From Eledone cirrhosa (taxonomy: Eukaryota), in contig OZ024758.1 of assembly GCA_964016885.1 (NCBI GenBank), forward strand, positions 39,990,001 to 40,054,000: 64,000 nucleotides of DNA, in the 5' to 3' direction. The translations under genes were made by a program, and so were the position numbers. The notes under the pieces were generated by a model that saw nothing but the letters and a program-made list of their open reading frames with translations, ran no database searches and had not been told where the DNA came from. Positions 54,601-64,000 of the stretch are shown one piece after another (within the stretch, counting starts at the first letter, position 1; each line of letters opens with the position of its first letter).

Positions 54601-57600
54601 TTAGCTTAGCTTAGCTTTGGATAGCTTAGCTTAGCTTAGCTTAGCTTAGCTTAGGATAGCTTAGCTTAGCTTAGGATAGCTTAGGATAGCTTAGCTTAGG
54701 ATAGCTTAGGATAGCTTAGCTTAGGATAGCTTAGCTTAAGATAGCTTAGGATAGCTTAGCTTAGGATAGCTTAGCTTAGGATAGCTTAGCTTAGCTTAGC
54801 TTAGGATAGCTTAGCTTGGGATAGCTCAGGATAGCTTAGCTTAGGATAGCTTAGCTTAGGATAGCTTAGGATAGCTTAGCTTAGCTTAGCTTAGGATAGC
54901 TTACCTTAGCTTAGGATAGCTTAGCTTAGCTTAGCTTAGGATAGATTAGCTTAGCTTAGCTTAGGATAGCTTAGCTTAGCTTAGGATAGCTTAGCTTAGC
55001 TTAGCTTAGGATAGCTTAGCTTAGGATAGCTTAGCTTAGGATAGCTTAGCTTAGGATAGCTTAGCTTAGGATAGCTTAGCTTAGGATAGCTTAGCTTAGC
55101 TTAGCTTAGGTTAGCTTAGCTTAGCTTAGCTTAGGATAGCTTAGCTTAGGATAGCTTAGGATAGCTTAGCTTAGCTTAGCTTAGGATAGCTTACCTTAGC
55201 TTAGGATAGCTTAGCTTAGCTTAGCTTAGGATAGATTAGCTTAGCTTAGCTTAGGATAGCTTAGCTTAGCTTAGGATAGCTTAGCTTAGCTTAGCTTAGG
55301 ATAGCTTAGCTTAGGATAGCTTAGCTTAGGATAGCTTAGCTTAGGATAGCTTAGCTTAGGATAGCTTAGCTTAGGATAGCTTAGCTTAGCTTAGCTTAGG
55401 TTAGCTTAGCTTAGCTTAGGATAGCTTAGCTTAGGATAGCTTAGGATAGCTTAGCTTAGCTTCGCTTAGGATAGCTTAGCTTAGCTTAGCTTAGGATAGC
55501 TTAGCTTAGCTTAGCTTAGGATAGCTTAGCTTAGCTTAGCTTAGGATAGCTTAGCTTAGCTTGGCTTAGGATAGCCTAGCTTAGCTTAGCTTAGGATGGC
55601 TTAGCTTAGCTTAGCTTAGGATAGCTTAGCTTAGCTTAGCTTAGCTTAGTTTAGGATAGCTTAGCTTAGCTTAGCTTAGGATAGCTTAGGATAGCTTAGC
55701 TTAGGATAGCTTAGGATAGCTTAACTTAGGATAGCTTAGGATAGCTTAGCTTAGGATAGCATACCTTAGGATAGCTTAGCTTAGGATAGCTTATGATAGC
55801 TTAGCTTAGGATAGCTTAGGATAGCTTAGGAAAGCTTAGCTTAGCTTAGCTTAGGATAGCTTAGCTTAGCTTAGGATAGCTTAGCTTAGCTTAGCTTAGC
55901 TTAGCTTAGGATAGCTTAGCTTAGCTTAGCTTAGGATAGCTTAGGATAGCTTAGCTTAGGATAACTTAGGATAGCTTAGCTTAGGATAGCTTAGGATAGC
56001 TTAGCTTAGGATAGCTTAGCTTAGGATAGCTTAGCTTAGCTTAGCTTAGGATAGCTTAGGATAGCTTAGCTTAGGATAGCTTAGCTTAGCTTAGCTTAGG
56101 ATAGCTTAGCTTAGCTTAGCTTAGGATAGCTTAGCTTAGCTTAGCTTAGCTTAGGATAGCTTAGCTTAGCTTAGCTTAGGATAGCTTAGGATAGCTTAGC
56201 TTAGGATAGCTTAGCTTAGCTTAGCTTAGGATAGCTTAGCTTAGCTTAGCTTAGGATAGCTTAGCTTAGCTTAGCTTAGGATAGCTTAGCTTAGCTTAGC
56301 TTAGGATAGCTTAGCTTAGCTTAGGATAGCTTAGCTTAGCTTAGCTTAGGATAGCTTAGCTTAGCTTAGGATAGCTTAGCTTAGCTTAGCTTAGGATAGC
56401 TTAGCTTAGCTTAGGATAGCTTAGCTTAGCTTAGGATAGCTTAGCTTAGCTTAGCTTAGGATAGCTTAGCTTAGCTTAGCTTAGGATAGCTTAGCTTAGC
56501 TTAGCTTAGGATAGCTTAGCTTAGCTTAGCTTAGGATAGCTTAGCTTAGCTTAGGATAGCTTAGCTTAGCTTAGCTTAGGATAGCTTAGCTTAGCTTAGC
56601 TTAGGATAGCTTAGCTTAGCTTAGCTTAGGATAGCTTAGCTTAGCTTAGCTTAGGATAGCTTAGCTTAGCTTAGCTTAGGATTACTTAGCTTAGCTTAGC
56701 TTAGCTTAGGATAGCTTAGCTTAGGATAGCTTAGCTTAGCTTAGGATAGCTTAGCTTAGCTTAGGATAGCTTAGCTTAGCTTAGCTTAGCTTAGGATAGC
56801 TTAGCTTAGCTTAGGATAGCTTAACTTAGCTTAGCTTAGCTTAGGATAGCTTAGCTTAGCTTAGCTTAGCTTAGGACAGCTTAGCTTAGCTTAGCTTAGG
56901 ATAGGTTAGCTTAGCTTAGCTTAGGATAGCTTAGCTTAGCTTAGCTTAGGATAGCTTAGCTTAGCTTAGCTTAGGATAGCTTAGGATAGCTTAGCTTAGG
57001 ATAGCTTAGGATAGCTTAGCTTAGGAGAGCTTAGCTTAGGATAGCTTAGCTTAGCTTAGCTTAGGATAGCTTAGGATAGCTTAGCTTAGGATAACTTAGG
57101 ATAGCTTAGCTTAGGATAGCTTAGGATAGCTTAGCTTAGGATAGCTTAGCTTAGGATAGCTTAGCTTAGCTTAGCTTAGGATAGCTTAGGATAGCTTAGC
57201 TTAGGATAGCTTAGCTTAGCTTAGCTTAGGATAGCTTAGCTTAGCTTAGCTTAGGATAGCTTAGCTTAGCTTAGCTTAGCTTAGGATAGCTTAGCTTAGC
57301 TTAGCTTAGGATAGCTTAGGAGAGCTTAGCTTAGGATAGCTTAGGATAGCTTAGCTTAGGTAGCTTAGCTTAGGAAAGCTTAGGATAGCTTAGCTTAGCT
57401 TAGCTTAGGATAGCTTTGCTTAGCTTAGCTTAGGATAGCTTAGCTTAGCTTAGGATAGCTTAGCTTAGCTTACCTTAGGATAGCTTAGCTTAGCTTAGCT
57501 TAGGATAGCTTAGCTTAGCTTAGCTGAGGATAGCTTAGCTTAGCTTAGGATAGCTTAGCTTAGCTTAGCTTAGGATAGCTTAGCTTAGCTTAGCTTAGGA

Positions 57601-60600
57601 TTACTTAGCTTAGCTTAGTTTAGCTTAGGATAGCTTAGCTTAGGATAGCTTAGCTTAGCTTAGCTTAGGATAGCTTAGCTTAGCTTAGCTTAGCTTAGGA
57701 TAGCTAAGCTTAGCTTAGGATAGCTTAGCTTAGTTTAGCTTAGGATAGCTTAGCTTAGCTTAGCTTAGCTTAGGATAGATTAGCTTAGCTTAGCTTAGGA
57801 TAGCTTAGCTTAGCTTAGCTTAGGATAGCTTAGCTTAGCTTAGCTTAGTATAGCTTAGCTTAGCTTAGGATAGCTTAGGATAGCTTAGCTTAGGATAGCT
57901 TAGGATAGCTTAGCTTAGGATAGCTTAGGATAGCTTAGCTTAGGATAGCTTAGCTTAGGATAGCTTAGCTTAACTTAGCTTAGGATAGCTTAGCTTGGGA
58001 TAGCTTAGGATAGCTTAGCTTAGGAAAGCTTAGCTTAGGATAGCTTAGCTTAGGATAGCTTAGGATAGCTTAGCTTAGCTTAGCTTAGGATAGCTTAGCT
58101 TAGCTTAGCTTAGGATAGCTTAGCTTAGCTTAGCTTAGGATAGCTTAGCTTAGCTTAGGATAGCTTAGCTTAGCTTAGCTTAGGATAGCTTAGCTTAGCT
58201 TAGCTTAGGATAGCTTAGCTTAGGATAGCTTAGGATAGCTTAGCTTAGCTTAGCTTAGGATAGCTTAGCATAGCTTAGGATAGCTTAGCTTAGCTTAGGA
58301 TAGCTTAGCTTAGCTTAGGATAGCTTAGCTTAGCTTAGCTTAGGATAGCTTAGCTTAGCTTAGCTTAGGATAGCTTAGCTTAGCTTAGCTTAGGATAGCT
58401 TAGGATAGCTTAGCCTAGCTTAGCTTAGGATAGCTTAGCTTAGCTTAGCTTAGGATAGCTTAGCTTAGCTTAGCTTAGGATAGCTTAGCTTAGCTTAGCT
58501 TAGGATAGCTTAGCTTAGGATAGCTTAGCTTAGCTTAGTTTAGGATAGCTTAGCTTAGGATAGCTTAGCTTAGCTTAGGATAGCTTAGCTTAGCTTAGCT
58601 TAGGATAGCTTAGCTTAGCTTAGCTTAGGATAGCTTAGCTTAGCTTAGCTTAGGATAGCTTAGCTTAGCTTAGCTTAGGATAGCTTAGCTTAGCTTAGCT
58701 TAGGATAGCTTAGCTTAGCTTAGCTTAGCTTAGGATAGCTAAGCTTAGCTTAGGATAGCTTAGCTTAGCTTAGCTTAGGATAGCTTAGCTTAGCTTAGCT
58801 TAGCTTAGCTTAGGACAGCTTAGCTTAGCTTAGCTTAGGATAGCTTAGCTTAGCTTAGCTTAGGATAGCTTAGCTTAGCTTAGCTTAGTATAGCTTAGCT
58901 TAGCTTAGGATAGCTTAGGATAGCTTAGCTTAGGATAGCTTAGGATAGCTTAGCTTAGGATAGCTTAGGATAGCTTAGCTTAGGATAGCTTAGCTTAGGA
59001 TAGCTTAGCTTAGCTTAGCTTAGGATAGCTTAGCTTAGCTTAGCTTAGGATAGCTTAGCTTAGCTTAGCTTAGGATAGCTTAGCTTAGCTTATGATAGGA
59101 TAGCTTAGCTTAGCTTAGCTTAGTATAGCTTAGCTTAGCTTAGGATAGCTTAGGATAGCTTAGCTTAGGATAGCTTAGGATAGCTTAGCTTGGGATAGCT
59201 TAGGATAGCTTAGCTTAGGAAAGCTTAGCTTAGGATAGCTTAGCTTAGGATAGCTTAGGATAGCTTAGCTTAGCTTAGCATAGGATAGCTTAGCTTAGCT
59301 TAGCTTAGGATAGCTTAGCTTAGCTTAGGATAGCTTAGCTTAGCTTAGGATAGCTTAGCTTAGCTTAGCTTAGGATAGCTTAGCTTAGCTTAGCTTAGGA
59401 TAGCTTAGCTTAGCTTAGCTTAGGATAGCTTAGCTTAGCTTAGGATAGCTTAGCTTAGCTTAGGATAGCTTAGCTTAGCTTAGGATAGCTTAGCTTAGGA
59501 TAGTTTAGCTTAGGATAGCTTAGGATAGCTTAGCTTAGGATAGCTTAGGATAGCTTAGCTTAGGATAGCTTAGCTTAGCTTAGCTTAGGATAGCTTAGCT
59601 TAGCTTAGGTAGCTTAGCTTAGCTTAGCTTAGGATAGCTTAGCTTAGGATAGCTTAGGATAGCTTAGCTTAGCTTAGCTTAGGATAGCTTAGCATAGCTT
59701 AGGATAGCTAAGCTTAGCTTAGGTTAGCTTAGCTTAGCTTAGGATAGCTTAGCTTAGCTTAGCTTAGGATAGCTTAGCTTAGCTTAGCTTAGGATAGCTT
59801 AGCTTAGCTTAGCTTAGGATAGCTTAGCTTAGCTTAGCTTAGGATAGCTTAGCTTAGCTTAGCTTAGGATAGCTTAGCTTAGCTTAGCTTAGGATAGCTT
59901 AGCTTAGCTTAGCTTAGGATAGCTTAGCTTAGCTTAGTTTAGGATAGCTTAGCTTAGGATAGCTTAGCTTAGCTTAGGATAGCTTAGCTTAGCTTAGCTT
60001 AGGATAGCTTAGCTTAGCTTAGCTTAGGATAGCTCAGCTTAGCTTAGCTAAGGATAGCTTAGCTTAGCTTGGCTTAGGATAGCTTAGCTTAGCTTAGCTT
60101 AGGATAGCTTAGCTTAGCTTAGCTTAGGATAGCTTAGCTTAGCTTAGCTTAGGATAGCTTAGCTTAGCTTAGCTTAGGATAGCTTAGCTTAATTTAGGAT
60201 AGCTTAGTTTAGCTTGGCTTAGGATAGCTTAGCTTAGCTTTGCTTAGGATAGCTTAGCTTAGGATAGCTTAGGATAGCTTAGCTTAGCATAGCTTAGGAT
60301 AGCTTAGCTTAGGATAGCTTAGCTTAGGATAGCTTAGGATAGCTTAGCTTAGGATAGCTTAGGATAGCTTAGCTTAGGATAGCTTAGCTTAGGATAGCTT
60401 AGCTTAGCTTAGATTAGGATAGCTTAGCTTAGCTTAGCTTAGGATAGCTTAGGATAGCTTAGCTTAGGATAGCTTAGGATAGCTTAGCTTAGGATAGCTT
60501 AGCTTAGGATAGCTTAGCTTAGGATAGCTTAGGATAGCTTAGCTTAGGATAGCTTAGCTTAGGATAGCTTAGGATAGCTTAGCTTAGCTTAGGATAGCTT

Positions 60601-63600
60601 AGCTTAGCTTAGCTTATGATAGCTTAGCTTAGCTTAGCTTAGCTTAGGATAGCTTAGCTTAGCTTAGCTTAGGATAGCTTAGGATAGCTTAGCTTAGGAT
60701 AGCTTAGCTTAGCTTAGCTTAGGATAGCTTAGGATAGCTTAGCTTAGGATAGCTTAGGATAGCTTAGCTTAGGATAGCTTAGCTTAGGATAGCTTAGCTT
60801 AGCTTAGCTTAGGAGAGCTTAGCTTAGGAAAGCTTAGGATAGCTTAGCTTAGGATAGCTTAGCTTAGGATAGCTTAGGATAGCTTAGCTTAGCTTAGCTT
60901 AGGATAGCTTAGCTTAGCTTAGCTTAGGATAGCTTAGCTTAGCTTAGGATAGCTTAGCTTAGCTTAGGATAGCTTAGCTTAGCTTACCTTAGGATAGCTT
61001 AGCTTAGCTTAGGTTAGGATAGCTTAGCTTAGCTTAGCTTAGGATAGCTTAGCTTAGCTTAGGATAGCTTAGCTTAGCTTAGCTTAGGATAGCTTAGCTT
61101 AGGATAGCTTAGCTTAGGTTAGCTTAGCTTAGCTTAGCTTAGGATAGCTTAGGATAGCTTAGCTTAGGATAGCTTAGCTTAGCTTAGCTTAGGATAGCTT
61201 AGCTTAGCTTAGGATAGCTTAGCTTAGGATAGCTTAGGATAGCTTAGCTTAGCTTAGCTTAGCTTAGGATAGCTTAGCTTAGCTTAGCTTAGGATAGCTT
61301 AGCTTAGCTTAGGATAGCTTAGCTTAGCTTAGCTTAGGATAGCTTAGCTTAGCATAGCTTAGGATAGCTTAGCTTAGGATAGCTTAGCTTAGCTTAGCTT
61401 AGGATAGCTTAGCTTAGCTTAGCTTAGGATAGCTTAGCTTAGCTTAGGATAGCTTAGCTTAGCTTAGCTTAGGATAGCTTAGCTTAGCTTAGGATAGCTT
61501 AGCTTAGCTTAGCTTAGGATAGCTTAGCTTAGCTTAGCTTAGGATAGCTTAGATTAGCTTAGCTTAGGATAGCTTAGCTTAGCTTAACTTAGGATAGCTT
61601 AGCTTAGCTTAGCTTAGCTTAGGATAGCTTAGCTTAGCTTAGGATAGCTTAGCTTAGCTTAGCTTAGGATAGCTTAGCTTAGCTTAGGATAGCTTAGCTT
61701 AGCTTAGCTTAGGATAGCTTAGCTTAGCTGAGGATAGCTTAGCTTAGCTTAGGATAGCTTAGCTTAGCTTAGCTTAGGATAGCTTAGCTTAGCTTTGCTT
61801 AGGATAGCTTAGCTTAGCTTAGCTTAGGATAGCTTAGGATAGCTTAGCTTAGGATAGCTTAGGATAGCTTAGCTTAGGATAGCTTAGCTTAGGATAGCTT
61901 AGGATAGCTTAGCTTAGCTTAGCTTAGGATAGCTTAGCTTAGCTTAGCTTTGGATAGCTTAGCTTAGCTTAGCTTAGCTTAGGATAGCTTAGCTTAGCTT
62001 AGGATAGCTTAGGATAGCTTAGCTTAGGATAGCTTAGGATAGCTTAGCTTAGGATAGCTTAGCTTAAGATAGCTTAGGATAGCTTAGCTTAGGATAGCTT
62101 AGCTTAGGATAGCTTAGCTTAGCTTAGCTTAGGATAGCTTAGCTTGGGATAGCTTAGGATAGCTTAGCTTAGGATAGCTTAGGATAGCTTAGCTTAGCTT
62201 AGCTTAGGATAGCTTACCTTAGCTTAGGACAGCTTAGCTTAGCTTAGCTTAGGATAGCTTAGCTTAGCTTAGCTTAGGATAGCTTAGCTTAGCTTAGCTT
62301 AGTATAGCTTAGCTTAGCTTAGGATAGCTTAGGATAGCTTAGCTTAGGATAGCTTAGGATAGCTTAGCTTAGGATAGCTTAGGATAGCTTAGCTTAGGAT
62401 AGCTTAGCTTAGGATAGCTTAGCTTAGCTTAGCTTAGGATAGCTTAGGATAGCTTAGCTTAGCTTAGCTTAGGATAGCTTAGCTTAGCTTAGCTTTGGAT
62501 AGCTTAGCTTAGCTTAGCTTAGCTTAGGATAGCTTAGCTTAGCTTAGGATAGCTTAGGATAGCTTAGCTTAGGATAGCTTAGGATAGCTTAGCTTAGGAT
62601 AGCTTAGCTTAAGATAGCTTAGGATAGCTTAGCTTAGGATAGCTTAGCTTAGGATAGCTTAGCTTAGCTTAGCTTAGGATAGCTTAGCTTAGCTTAGCTT
62701 AGGATAGCTTAGCTTAGCTTAGCTTAGTATAGCTTAGCTTAGCTTAGGATAGCTTAGGATAGCTTAGCTTAGGATAGCTTAGGACAGCTTAGCTTAGCTT
62801 AGCTTAGGATAGCTTAGCTTAGCTTAGGATAGCTTAGCTTAGCTTAGCTTAGGATAGCTTAGCTTAGGATAGCTTAGCTTAGGATAGCTTAGCTTAGGAT
62901 AGCTTAGCTTAGGATAGCTTAGCTTAGGTAGCTTAGCTTAGCTTAGCTTAGGTTAGCTTAGCTTAGCTTAGCTTAGGATAGCTTAGCTTAGGATAGCTTA
63001 GGATAGCTTAGCTTAGCTTAGCTTAGGATAGCTTAGCTTAGCTTAGCTTAGGATAGCTTAGCTTAGCTTAGGATAGCTTAGCTTAGCTTAGCTTAGGATA
63101 GCTTAGCTTAGCTTAGCTTAGGATAGCTTAGCTTAGCTTAGCTTAGGATAGCTTAGCTTAGCTTAGTTTAGGATAGCTTAGGTTAGGATAGCTTAGCTTA
63201 GCTTAGCTTAGGATAGCTTAGCTTAGCTTAGCTTAGCTTAGGATAGCTTAGCTTAGCTTAGCTTAGGATAGCTTAGCTTAGCTTAGCTTAGGATAGCTTA
63301 GCTTAGCTTAGCTTAGGATAGCTAGCTTAGCTTAGCTTAGGATAGCTTAGCTTAGCTTAGCTTAGGATAGCTTAGCTTGGCTTAGCTTAGGATAGCTTAG
63401 CTTAGCTTGGCTTAGGATAGCCTAGCTTAGCTTAGCTTAGGATGGCTTAGCTTAGCTTAGCTTAGGATAGCTTAGCTTAGCTTAGCTTAGCTTAGTTTAG
63501 GATAGCTTAGCTTAGCTTAGCTTAGGATAGCTTAGGATAGCTTAGCTTAGGATAGCTTAGGATAGCTTAGCTTAGGATAGCTTAGCTTAGGATAGATTAG

Positions 63601-64000
63601 CTTAGGATAGCTTATGATAGCTTAGCTTAGGATAGCTTAGGATAGCTTAGGATAGCTTAGCTTAGGATAGCTTAGCTTAGGATAGCTTAGGAAAGCTTAG
63701 CTTAGCTTAGCTTAGGATAGCTTAGCTTAGCTTAGGATAGCTTAGCTTAGCTTAGCTTAGCTTAGGATAGCTTAGCTTAGCTTAGCTTAGGATAGCTTAG
63801 GATAGCTTAGCTTAGGATAACTTAGGATAGCTTAGCTTAGGATAGCTTAGGATAGCTTAGCTTAGGATAGCTTAGCTTAGGATAGCTTAGCTTAGCTTAG
63901 CTTAGCTTAGGATAGCTTAGGATAGCTTAGGATAGCTTAGCTTAGGATAGCTTAGCTTAGGATAGCTTAGGATAGCTTAGCTTAGCTTAGCTTAGGATAG
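42644..64000 (+). repeat. Pentamer satellite array (TAGCT/TAGGA), right block; runs off the window end
   Basis: Same units, orientation and variant series as the left array. Confidence 0.99.

Overview
Eukaryotic, microsatellite-rich repetitive DNA with no supportable host gene. Two long arrays of one pentamer satellite (TAGCT with interspersed TAGGA, i.e. TTAGC/TTAGG-ATAGC; about 1-12336 and 42644-64000, same orientation, shared point variants, kb-scale higher-order repeats) enclose an island of about 30 kb. The island opens with three head-to-tail Tx1/L1-group non-LTR retrotransposons, each ending in AATAAAGAA followed by an (ATCT)n tract. They are a 5'-truncated copy fused directly to the satellite, an older divergent 3' fragment, and a near full-length ORF1+ORF2 copy carrying a frameshift. 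Next come a 13 x 73 bp hairpin minisatellite, about 10.6 kb of (ACC)n-derived minisatellites (source of the long low-complexity ORFs), and a (TA)n-rich zone with a tandem duplication, a fold-back/TIR element family, a MITE-like element and an RTE-clade LINE 3' end missing from the ORF track. The best candidate for a new system is an (ATCT)n-targeting, tandem-stacking Tx1-like family within a retroelement island embedded in a quasi-palindromic, telomere-like/centromere-like satellite. All alignments, counts and identities were done by eye; no database search was run.
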